A stretch of 63,204 nt of DNA, filler included, from Folioceros fuciformis (Eukaryota), in NCBI GenBank assembly GCA_049999805.1. It is 7 parts of 7 records of this genome, joined end to end, with 100 filler letters (N's around TTAATTAATTAA, not from the genome) between each part and the next. Parts side by side here need not be neighbours in the genome. Positions count along the whole stretch, not along the records: positions 25,288 to 41,160 come from JBNGIO010003084.1; positions 41,261 to 56,578 come from JBNGIO010003085.1; 5 more parts are not named here. One strand, 5' to 3'. Numbering within the stretch: position 1 is the first letter of the stretch; each line of letters opens with the position of its first letter. Shown piece after piece: positions 40,945 to 52,314 of the stretch. A model generated the notes under the pieces. That model did not search any database. It had not been told where the DNA came from and saw only the letters and a list, made by a program, of their open reading frames with translations. A program made the position numbers and the translations under genes.

Positions 40945-41160
40945 CTGCCAGACAAAACGCTGGATGAGAAGAATTTCTGACCCAAAGTATCGTAAAAATT
41001 CGTAAGGTGAGACAAAGCCGCATAGGGCTCTGCTGGCTCTGCTTGAACTACAACGAACAATCTATTGAGAGCGGAGCATGTTCAAGGGATAATTCATGTT
41101 GCCCAGAATTTCAACAACTTCTCCCGCTGGCATGTGCTCTGTGAAGGGCAATGGAGGTAA

Positions 41161-41260
41161 NNNNNNNNNNNNNNNNNNNNNNNNNNNNNNNNNNNNNNNN
41201 NNNNTTAATTAATTAANNNNNNNNNNNNNNNNNNNNNNNNNNNNNNNNNNNNNNNNNNNN
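41161..41260. other. Artificial contig spacer
   Basis: N44-TTAATTAATTAA-N44. Confidence 0.98.
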
Positions 41261-41413
41261 GTCCTGTCCTGTCCTGTCTGTGTATTGTATTGTACCACAT
41301 ACATATCGGACTGGCGGCAGCAATAGACGGCGTCAAATTCGAGGTGCTCAACAACAGACGGAGCTTCAGTGCGTCCGGGGTGGGGGTGGTGTGGAGATGG
41401 CGGAGCTGGTGAC

Positions 41414-44400
41414 ATGAGCGGGGAATCGGGGAGCGGTGGCCCTGGCCGGCCCAAGTCGGCGGGCCCTCGTCACGTGTTCAAAACTGGGGCTGCCGGGTGT
41501 GGAGGGAAGGCAGGACCTACCTCTGCCAAGAATTCGGGGCAGGTGTGTGCGTCTTTTGGGCAGGTGAATTTGTCATGTGCTGGGAAGTGTGAGGTGATGG
41601 TTGTTTGCGTGGAATTGGGCAGCCCCTGCCGTGCCCCTTTTGCGACAGGATTTTCAAGCAAGATGGGCGACTCAAGGAGCATTTGAAGAATCAGCATGAA
41701 GGGGCCAGTGTGGAGCAAGCTGCGGCTGAGCTGGTTGGGAATGGGGGGGCATCTGGGAGTGGGAGTGCGGGAAATCAGACCCCGTCGTATTCGGTCAAGA
41801 CGCCCAAGACGCAGCTGCACGAGTGGTGCCAGAAGAACAAGAAACTCACTCCCAAGTACAAGCATGTGAGTCCTCCTCCTCCTCCTCCTCCTCTCTTTGC
41901 GCGGTAGGATTGGAGCAAGGAAAAGTGACGAGATCTTTTGTGTGCAGGTTGAGGTGGACGGGGGTTTCCACTGTAGAGTCATTCTTCCCGATGGGAAGAA
42001 AAGCGAAGATGATGTCATTGTGTGGTACAAGGAGGCCCCTGCGCCCGCGTCACTGGAAGCCCAGCATCGCGCAGCTGTTGTTGCCTTGCACCACGTCATG
42101 GGTGACCGGAGGTAATTTCTCAGCTCTTCTGTGTTGGGCTTTATCGTAGAGACGTCGGTGAACTGGAAGCCATATGAGCAATCCAGGTATCGCAGAGTAG
42201 GGCGTTGGAGTCACGTACTTTGGTTTGCATCTCTCGTCGGAGTTTGCGCTTTGTGCCATGTGGATTATGACCACCTTTCAACCGCCTTTGACATGCTGTC
42301 ATGTGTCACTGCACCATTGGTTGCTTCCATCTCTCTGGTCGGGCTCGTATAGTGGTCAGCTCAAGGGACGATAACTGAGATTCTGCCCACATGTGTCTCC
42401 CTAGGTCTTGGGGTTGGGGCAGGTGGCCAGCGGAAATGGACTGTGTCACATGGTAAAATCATCATCTTTGGATACTGGTTACGTTGTTGGTTTAGCTTTG
42501 TTCGTTTGCCGGTGGGATACCAGTTTGTTTCTGGATCGCGCTGTGCGCTGTCTGAATGATGCCTGATGAGTGGTGCTCTCTATCCTGGCCCAATTTCCTG
42601 AGGAAGCAACATGATCATGCAGACTGGACCGCATCCTTCCCGAGCAGTACAGGCAACAGTGGCGCAACCTAGATGCTGCTGCGGAGCGAAGAAAAGCTTT
42701 TCTCAAGGCAAATCCGCCTAAGCCGAAGCAACATCGTAAGCCGTCTCCTAAGGAGATTCAGTCTGTGTTCATGAGTGAAGGCAACAGACGCATTGTGGAG
42801 GATCTGCTCAGAAATGATGAATCCGGCGGCAATCCTGCGAAGACAAATATGGAGTTATCAGTCAACCCTGGTGATCTACGCTCTAGTCCTACAGACAACA
42901 GTGTGACCGCAATGCAGGTTACTGATCATGATACACGGTGGTTCGGTCAAACTGCAGAACCATCTGTGAGAGAGAGCGGTTGGGCAAGTGAGCAGGGTAC
43001 TTCAGTGAGTGGACTGCAGCGTGAGAAAGGAGTAGGTGGCTTTCACGGAAATGAGCAGCCTGATGTATCTCTTAGGTCACTCCGATTGCAGCTGGAGAAG
43101 ATGGGATTCAGTGATGACTATGTAAAGCAAGCAGTGGACAGGACCAATAACGTTTCCCAGGCCCTTGATTGGCTTGTTCTGAATGTGCCAGAACATAAGC
43201 TGCCTGCAAAGTTTGCTCCAGAATCCTCAAAAGCATCTGTGCAGGTCTTGGTTCGCGAATCGCAGTTCGTTAAAGAACCCTTAGGTGCTTGTAGTCTGGC
43301 AGTCATGAGTCTGCAACAGTTTGGTTATTCTGAAGGTAAGTGTCAGACAGCACTTGTACTGGCACATGGAGACAAGGATGTGGCTCTGTACCATCTATTT
43401 CAATCACTTACAGAAGATGAGTGCCCACAAGCAAACAGAGGTTCATTTGCTGCTGCATGTGCGGAACTGGCAGCAGCCATCGCTGAGGAAAAGTTAGCAC
43501 TTCTTTCCATATTTGCAGATAAAGTTGTTGAGCTCTCAGAATCATGTCTGACTTTTCAGCTCGCAAGTGTGGACATGGAGGTACGCAGGATTTCCCTTCC
43601 GGTTTGCACAATTCTCATTCTTACGCTATGCATGTAAGCATGTACCAATTGAAGTGCTCAGTTTTCAGCTCTTTTGCAGGTCAGGTTCCCTCCTGGATGT
43701 ATGTATCCTCATGAAATCCCGGTTATTGGTTTCCGCAGCCTCAGCCTGTCATCAGATTATTTGTTAGACGTCACCAAAAATGTAGCAAAACATGCACAGC
43801 AGTTTCTTGGATCGCCTATGATATATGACTTGGTTATGTACGCTCAAGAAGTTACAGACCTTTCTTTACTAGCCTCGGAAGCATGCTCTCCTCGAGTTCA
43901 GGATGCTATGAAGGCGTCCATTTCTGACGTCCCACGTAAAAGTGTCAAGGGATGTCTTGATAATCTTCAGCATTTGGAGAGGGAAAAGTCTCCTTTGATT
44001 GACCTCAACCTTGAAAAGGTTCCATTACATGGAAATCCCGTCACTGGCCATCGTGATGTTTTCTTGGTGGAAGCAAGTGGTGTTCAGACAAGGAGCACTC
44101 ATTCGAAATGTCAGCAGGAGCTCCTCTCACGCCTGGAATCCCAAAGGCTGAAGAGAAGGTGGGAGAACTTACAGGGATCATCAAAACATGCTAAAATGCA
44201 GGAGACAAGGTCAAAACTGCCAGCTTTCTCTAAGCGATCCAATCTGTTGTCCACAATTGAAAGCTGTAGAGTTACTATCATCTGCGGTGAGACAGGTTGT
44301 GGGAAAAGTACTCAGGTCAGTCTCTACTTTTGGTCGGATGTCACTCGTCATCTGGCATGCGCTATTGGACTTGCACGGTCAGTCAGTTAACCTATAGCTC

Positions 44401-47400
44401 TCTTCATCACACTGATGTTTCGTTTGCAGGTCCCCCAATACATTCTGGAGGAATACATCGAGAAAGGTGAAGGAGGAACGTGCAACATCATATGCACTCA
44501 ACCTAGGAGACTATCTGCTATTGGTCTAGCAGATCGTGTTGCAGACGAACGAAGCGAGGCCACGGGTGAGACGGTACGATTGTGGTTCTCACTGATAAAA
44601 CCTTCAGCCATATTGTGTGGTTGTCAACGAACTGAATGGTGGGCTCTTTGTGCATCTGTGCGTCGCAGGTTGGTTATTCTGTCCGCCTTGAACATTGTCG
44701 TTCTGAGCGAACAAGGCTGTTATTTTGCACAACTGGTATACTGCTTCGTCGTCTGCTGTCTGATCCCAGATTAGATGGTGTCACACATGTCATTGTGGAT
44801 GAAGTCCATGAACGGACACTGGAAAGTGATTTGCTTTTGCTCTTGCTACGAGAATTAATAGGAAGGTAGGGCACACCCTTGGCAAGCTTGTGAAACCTCT
44901 TTTGGAGTTCTTTACCTTCTCTGTCATGACTGGGGTGCGCGTTCTTGTTGGTTGTGCAGAGATAATAACAGCCTTCATGTGATTCTGATGTCGGCAACCG
45001 TAGAGGCGTCCTTGTACTCGGAGTATTTTGCGCCTGCAGCGGGTTATTGCCCCAAAATAGTTCGGATACCTGGCTTTACGTTTCCAGTGCGAGAGCTGTA
45101 CCTCGAAGATGCATATGAGCTCACTGCTTACAGAGTAGGACGCAACTCTCGATATGCTTTGAAGAAGAAAAAGGACCATGTGCCAGCTCAGGTAACTGAT
45201 CTACCCCAGCCAAGCAGCAAGGATATGGAGAGCTGGGAATCAAGGTTCAATGATCATGAAGCAGAAGCTCCTGCACATCTGGATCATAATCTGGACCACT
45301 ATAGTGAGGGCACAAGGCAGTCTCTGAGCCTTGTGGATGAGAACATTATTAACCTTGAGCTTATTGAGGCACTTATTGTTGCCATATTTCAGCAAGATAA
45401 AAAGCTAGAAACACTTGGATCGTTGACAGGAGTGAAAGATGATGGGGCAGATGGGGCAGCTATTGTTGGACATGGGCAAGCAGGTGCCGTGCTTGTCTTC
45501 TTACCTGGTATGTATGAAATCAAGAAACTCCAAAGTCGACTGCAGCGCTCCAACCAGCTAGCTAGTTGTGGTTACGATCTATGGATTCAGGCCCTTCATG
45601 GTTCTCTCTCTGGTGCTGAACAACGGAGGGTGTTTTTAAGACCTCCTGCTAATGTACGAAAAGTTGTGCTAGCTACCAACATCGCCGAGACTAGTATCAC
45701 CATTGACGATGTGGTGTATGTTTTCTCAGCTTTTCCCTGCAGATAATTGTTTGTACTGTCAAATGTAGAAACGCTAACAGTATCGCATCCACTCTGACAG
45801 GTATGTTGTTGACACCGGTCATCATAAGGAGATGAGATACGACCACATCAGGGGCCTTTCATGCCTAGAGGATGCTTGGATCTCTAAAGCAAATGCCAAG
45901 CAACGACGTGGTCGAGCTGGTCGTGTCCAACCTGGGTGCTGCATCCGTCTCTTTAGCAGGCAACAATTTGAACGATTTGATGAGCATCAGTTGCCTGAAG
46001 TGCATCGTATCTCACTTGAAGGCCTGTGTTTGAAGGTAACGCTGTGAACTTTTTGGTGGTGACGTTCTTTTTCCTGCTGGTTTGGGTTCTTCTTTTCATT
46101 CCAGCAGTCGTGAGCTGAAAGGAAAGATGCTGAGAGTATGAAAGACTTGAGCAAAAAACAAAACGTGATGTTGAGATAGCGTAACCGGCAGTAGGCTGCA
46201 GATGATCACTGTAGACCTCGGTTCTGATACAGACGTGGAGAACGATATAGGGAGCCAGGTGTTAGCGTTCACTGTAGTTGTGGTCTAAGATGGGTGAGAC
46301 CAATTCAATTTAACATGCGGACAATACGCTGTGATTCTGGCAGGTGAAATCATTGCTTACAGGCAAAATAGAAGACACGGTCAATAAGATGATAAGTCCT
46401 CCTCGTTCAGAAGCAATCTCTACGGCTTTGAAGAGCTTACAAGAGTTGAATGCGTTGGATAGCGAGGAGATCCTCACACCTCTTGGTCAGCACCTGGCAA
46501 GAATGCCTGTTGATGCACGTGTAGCCAAAATGCTTCTCTTTGGTTGCATCTTAAGATGTTTGGATCCTGTCCTGACAATTGCTGCCTCTTTAAGTGGTCG
46601 GTCCCCCTTCCTGTCTCCAATGGATAAAAGGGATGAAGCCAGCATGGCCCGCAGAAGGCTAGCGGACAATAGCAAGAGTGATCACATGGCTGTGGTGGCT
46701 GCATACAATGGTTGGGTCACGGCGAAACAGGAAGGCTGGGCAGCTGAGATGGATTTCTGCAGCGCAAACTATGTGTCAAGAGAGTCTTTGATCTCTATCG
46801 AGGCAAGTCGAGTGGACTATGAGAGAATTTTGGAGGATCTGGGATTTATATCAAGCAGAAAAAGCAGGTACCCCCTGGAGGTTGGACGCGAGAGTGCCGC
46901 AAGCGATGTCCATGCCAACTCCAAGCATGTGCGTGTGGTGAAAGCTTGTATCTGTGCTGGATTCTACCCCCACGTTGTTCGCGTGCATCACCCTGAGAAG
47001 ACGTATGTCCAGACTGAAGGAGGAGCTGTCGTGAAGACTGCTGCGGCACAAGAGCTGTGTTTCTACACTAGAATAGATGGTCGTGTTTTCCTTCATCCTT
47101 CAAGTGTCCTGTTTCCAGTTGGCTACTTTGAGAGCCCGTGGCTGGTCTTTTCAGAAAAGGTAAAGACATCCAAGGTGTTTGTGAGGGAATGTTCCATGGT
47201 CTCTGCGTATGGATTCCTTTTGTTTGGAGGTGAGATTCGTGTTCAACATGAGAAACAGACCCTTGCGGTTGATGACTGGCTGCAATTTGAGGCGCCTGCA
47301 CGGATTGCTGTTCTCATTAAGGAGCTCCGCTTGAAGGTGGATTCTCTGCTGTTGCAGAAAATACAGATCCCCAGTCTAGAAGTAGGGACTAGCCCTGTGG

Positions 47401-47441
47401 TGACGGCCATTATTCGGCTATTGACAACGGATGGTTTTTAA
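41414..47441 (+). CDS. DExH-box (DEAH/RHA) RNA helicase, DHX57/DHX29-like, with N-terminal C2H2, dsRBD-like, UBA-like and RWD-like regions, about 10 exons
   Basis: [52 protein letters not shown]2 ([14 protein letters not shown]) and OB-fold (VFLHPSSV). N-terminal [47 protein letters not shown] and [12 protein letters not shown]. Confidence 0.9.
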
Positions 47442-47836
47442 TCTTGTTTTCGAAATTTGTCAGCCCAAGTCGGAGACACCGATTACTTAAGTCTCTGACG
47501 ACTTTGTTTCCATTCTGAATACCTCGCTTTGCTTTCAATCGAAGCTGGCAAGATTCTTGCTAATCACCAAGATACGCATTCAAGTCCCTGCGCGTGAGTA
47601 AAACCATTTGGATTGATTCAAATCAAGGGGTCTAGACGAAGGAGCTTGTTTTCACTCCACAGATCACTCCAGGAAAACGAATTTTCAGCTAGCTAGTTTC
47701 GTTACACAAATCCCGAAAACCCCTTGCGCTTCTTGGGGTCTCAATTAACGTTTCGCAAAAGACGATCGATCCAGCCTCGGTCAGACGCGAATCAGGATAT
47801 GCTTCCCCAGTGTGCCCGAAACCGTTCTGCAGGGTT

Positions 47837-47954
47837 GCCGGAATTCGGAGACATTCCTCAGCAGGCTATGGGGCGGGACTATGGCTTCCGAGGTGGCGCG
47901 GTAAAGGCGCTGCTGACGGAGGCAGCCATGTGCAAGGTTTTCGATGTGCAGTGA
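47837..47954 (+). pseudogene. Relic duplicate of the HGSNAT-like gene 5' end (28-aa ORF at 47868-47954)
   Basis: 47837-47921 aligns without gaps to 52284-52368 (13 mismatches in 85) and includes the ATG. MGRDYGFRGGAVKALLTE versus MGREHGFRDCAIKAHLTE. Confidence 0.75.
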
Positions 47955-48151
47955 AGGTGCAGTGGAGCCAGCTGGGAGCATTGTATAACTGGATGGCTTG
48001 CATTGCGCTCGTCCAATCTTGGACCCCGGTGTGTTTGAGGGTTGTCGGACGTTCGTTTCAGAGATTTAGAAATTGAAGGTCCTCGGAGGCAAGAGACGCA
48101 GAAGGAGGCCCGAGCTCTCGACGTCCAGTCATACAAGGCTGCTGGCTTAGC

Positions 48152-49808
48152 TCAGTCCTTGGGCTCCACCTCCAGAAAAATCTCATTCCGGCGAAGAAAT
48201 GGGGGTGTGAAAGGATCATTGTACTGCAAATGCAACGACATGCACACCTAAGTTTCCTGGGACAGCTGCAACAAAAAACACCTGGAAAGTGAGTAGGAAG
48301 ATCTCAATGGAGTACTCACCTGAGCCACCTCGGGAACTGCGAAATTTGTGACACGCACTCCTCTGTCACTCTGAAGAGCCTTCCTCAGTGCTCGCTCTCT
48401 TCGCAAGACTTCGTCGTCACTAACAAAACCTGCACAACGCGAATCTTAGCAAGCAGCCATTTTGATAGTGACAATATACAACCTAGCCGCTAGCGACTGA
48501 AATTTGCGCACCTGAGAAAGCTACCGCAGCGACGATCCTAGCAGGTACCCTGCGTGTTTTCACTCGAGAGTCCTCGGGAACGGGCACATTGCTCTCATCG
48601 TACTTGGAAGGTATCACGAACGACATCTCCCATCCACTACTGTCGCCTGCCTGCATCGGCGTTCCATTTCTACTGAGCAAGGCGACCTAAAGTGTTGCGT
48701 GTCATGCATGAGAGAGATTTCCAGGGTTTAGCGATGTTGAACCTGACGAGAAATTACTGGCGTCGTCATTTCCATTCGTTCACCTCGACCGGATCCTCGC
48801 ACAATTACTGGTGTCGTCATCTCCATCTTCTCTCGAGGTTTGTTCTGCGATAAAACCATGTTCGTCGGGAGATATGAGGAGTAATGCACATAAGCAAGGG
48901 GATGTTCTGTTTCGTCACGTGGGCTGCTAGCATAGCATACCTTGCCAAACAGATAGTCAGCCAGAGTGTTAAACCCCTGTGAAGATCCCCAAAAATCAAA
49001 TCCTCGCGTTCCTGGCATAGATGTCTCTGCCAAGACGTAAGACTGCAGGAGCCATTGACACCATCGTGGTGGAAAGTGTTGAGCATTCACACACTTGAGA
49101 AACTGCGACCACACGCTAGGTCAGGTCAGTCATACCTCCACTTCTCGGATTTCATACTCTCTCTCCCTCCGCACCACTCGATAGGGAATTGTCTCCAGGC
49201 TAGGAACTGGACAAACAGGATCCCAAAAAGCCACCGTTCAGCAGGAGCCATAGCACGATAAAAGCACATTCCATGCTTACAACGTTTGCATTTGAAGGTG
49301 GTCGAGAATGGATACCGGTCATCAGTGCCTCCTCCAAACTTCTCGCATCGCCGCTTCTAGGATTCACATATTTCACAGCCTCCTTGGCGACTTGCTCCAC
49401 AACTAAAGCATCCGTGCAGTTCACAATCTTAGTATAGCTCTTCCAGGCGAGAGAGCGACCACGGATAGCCTGCTCTTGAATTGACTTGCTGAACATCTCA
49501 AGCAATATGAAAGAATCCGCATTCTCTACAGAATCCAATTTAAAGAAGTGGGAGCTCATATCGCTTGTGCCCAACGCGTCAGTTCTGCTACCTTGTTGCG
49601 TGCGGCTTGCAACCTGCGTGGTAAGCGCCTGCACCAGCGAAAAGCGGACATCCTCCGACAGAGAAGCTCGCAATATCTTACTCCTGTCCGCTGGCAAGCA
49701 CCTCGGAAAGTCTCGGAGACGCAATTGTCTTCCCCACAGCTGAGAGGAGGCAGCACAGGCTGTGGTGGTTGTAGAAGAAACGAAGCCGCTGCCTAAGGAA
49801 GGTGCCAT
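48152..49808 (-). CDS. Plastid-targeted SOUL heme-binding family protein, about 8 exons
   Basis: Ser/Thr-rich transit peptide, then [32 protein letters not shown], duplicated [31 protein letters not shown] and [20 protein letters not shown] at 48154-48152. Confidence 0.9.
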
Positions 49809-50336
49809 GGCCACGGTTGGTGCCCCCTTCCGTCAGCTGGCCTCAAAAAGAGGCACTATAGAATTCTTGTGTACCAGGTGTCTCGTTCCCGTTGGAAGGG
49901 ATGTTATCACGGTTTCTTGGAATTTTTGTACTCTGTCGTGCGTCCCTTTGTCAAATTTATCGGAGTGGAGGTCTGACTGTGAAATATGGCTGCTCTTGCT
50001 CATGGGCAATGACAAGATGAGAGTTTAGGGGGATAGGTGGCCATATTTCCAAGGTCCGTCGCCTTGAGACCAGGTCCTGCTATCCGAAAGGCATGCCTGA
50101 TTTGAGAGCGGACAGGACCACGCTTGCTAACGAAGTATGTACGTACATACACCGTGTAAGTACATTTGGTTGGCTGTGCCCTTATCAACAGTTGTGGTTT
50201 GATTTTGGTCACAGGTTCTCGACATCAATTTTGAAACTGCCGACACAAGCTTGGTCGCTGAGGATTGTCGCTTTCAGCTGACCGCAAGGCTTCAGCTGGA
50301 AGACGTTTGAGCCCGCCAGCCTTAGGCTTCAAGGCA
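49809..50336. promoter_or_regulatory. Putative bidirectional promoter between the SOUL and cyclophilin genes
   Basis: Head-to-head ATGs separated by 528 bp. Contains the perfect palindrome GTATGTACGTACATAC (50135-50150). Confidence 0.55.
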
Positions 50337-51735
50337 ATGGCAGCGGGTACAGCAGCGCCGGAATGGCATCTTCGCACGCCTAACCCCAAGAATCCTGTGG
50401 TCTTCTTCGATGTTACCATTGGTAGCCTTCCCGCTGGCCGCATCAAAATGGAGCTCTTTGCTGACATCGTACCTCGCACTGCCGAAAATTTCAGGTTTGT
50501 TGACATTGCTTTGAACATTTTCAAGCTTAGCGCTGCATATGCTTGCTGCCTTGTTGTGAACTGTTGCGAATCTGGAATCGGCAGGGGTTGTGGGATTAGG
50601 TCTAGTTTGAGATGTTTCTGGATGGATTTTTCCATCCGGAGTTACAGCTGTAGATCGATAGAAAATGTTGCAGACGTGTTGAGCTCTTCCTGTATTTGCT
50701 GCTACAGGTTGCTGGTAATGAGCTTGCGTTTTGCCAGTTGCAGCTAGCTGATGTCTTCTTCCTGCTGGTATGTAGGCGGTTCTGCACGGGTGAATACAGG
50801 TAGACATCATCCAATGCCTGTACGTTGTTGTGACCAACTCCATATCTTGTATGAACAGTTGTTCCGGAGTTTCTGTTGCCACCTTGAAGCATGCTTTACA
50901 GTGAAGGCATCTGGACATGTATGCAGAAAGGCTGGTATTCCCATTGGATACAAGGGCTGTCTTTTCCACCGAATAATCAAGGACTTCATGGTACAAGGTG
51001 GCGACTTCATCAAGGTCTTGATCCATTCCCTTTCTGTATTGTCCTTTTGGAAGCTTGAAATGTTGTAAAAAGCAGGGCTGGCATTACGAAGGCTGAGTCG
51101 GCATGACAAGATCTCGTGGGATTGCCTGCAGGGTGACGGCAGTGGATGTGTGAGCATATATGGTAGCAAGTTCGAGGACGAAAACTTCATCGCAAAACAT
51201 ACTGGCCCGGGTCTGCTCTCTATGGTATGGGTTCCATTTGGTTTTCATAATTCTGACAAGTTTTCATGCCCCGGCTGCATCTCTGCCACTATCTGTGGCT
51301 AAGTAGATCGTTCTTTGTCCTCAGGCAAACAGTGGACCTTCAACAAATGGCTGTCAGGTAAGTATTTCGCTTTGGTCACCTGCTAACTGACGACCAAATT
51401 TAACTGACCGCTATATCCTTCAATATTCAATGCTTTCCTGCTCTGACTTAATTGAGCTTCCACAGTTTTTCATAACGTGCTCAAAGTGCGAATGGTTGGA
51501 CAACAAACATGTTGTTTTCGGGGTGAGTTCTGGCACGAAACTGGCCAGCGTTCACAGTAAGGATTCTGTTCCCCCTTGAGCTTTTGAGCCAGTATTTGAC
51601 AGTTGTGTGTTGTGGATTGCGCAGAGGGTTTTGGGAGAAGGCCTTCTAGTGGTCAGAAAGATAGAGAATGTGCAAACCGGACCGAACAATCGGCCAAAGC
51701 TTGCCTGCACAATAGCTGAATGCGGGGAGATGTAG
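50337..51735 (+). CDS. CYP22: Cyclophilin H/CYP22-type peptidyl-prolyl isomerase (spliceosomal), 7 exons
   Basis: [31 protein letters not shown] (24-nt exon 50776-50799), [47 protein letters not shown] and the ECGEM* terminus. Confidence 0.92.
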
Positions 51736-52314
51736 GGCAGATATTGTACACGCTTTTTGTAACTAGCATCTTCATTATCAATGGAAACTTTCTAGCTGTG
51801 AAAGGTGGCTCTGCATTGTCGAGAGCTTGGGCAAGACGTACTGGTCAGTACCTGGTGCCCTTCACCGAAATGGGCATTGGTCCCACACTCGAGTTTGCTC
51901 CAGAAGCCTGAAATGCATGTGGGCGTGCAAACACAGGCCGTCAAAGAAGCTGTGGCTGCAAGGAGTCTTGCGTACATGAGTCTGTCTGTTATGAGACACG
52001 ATACTCACGTCCTTACTCTGGCTTACAACGAGGCACCTGGATTTCTCCTGTAGCGGACTTCCTTGTGCTACAGGTGGTTGGTTGCCGTTAGAGCTGCTGT
52101 TATCGCGCTTTCTTGGAGCTGTACTCCTTGAGCCCCTACCCGAATGTAGTAAAGTGGATGCGTGTCGTTGGAATGTTGTTCTAGCTGATGGGCCATGACA
52201 AGATGCAAGTTCAGCGGAGATGGGAATATTTCCATGATCCTGAAGGAAAAGTATAGTTGGACGTTTGGCTCTTTTACGTGGACGCCCGAATTTGGAGGCA
52301 TTCCTCTGCAGGCT

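Noticed and set aside
42556-42602. C/D-box snoRNA in a helicase intron (TGATGA...CTGA)
   Set aside because: Boxes are only about 35 nt apart, with no terminal stem or evident rRNA guide.
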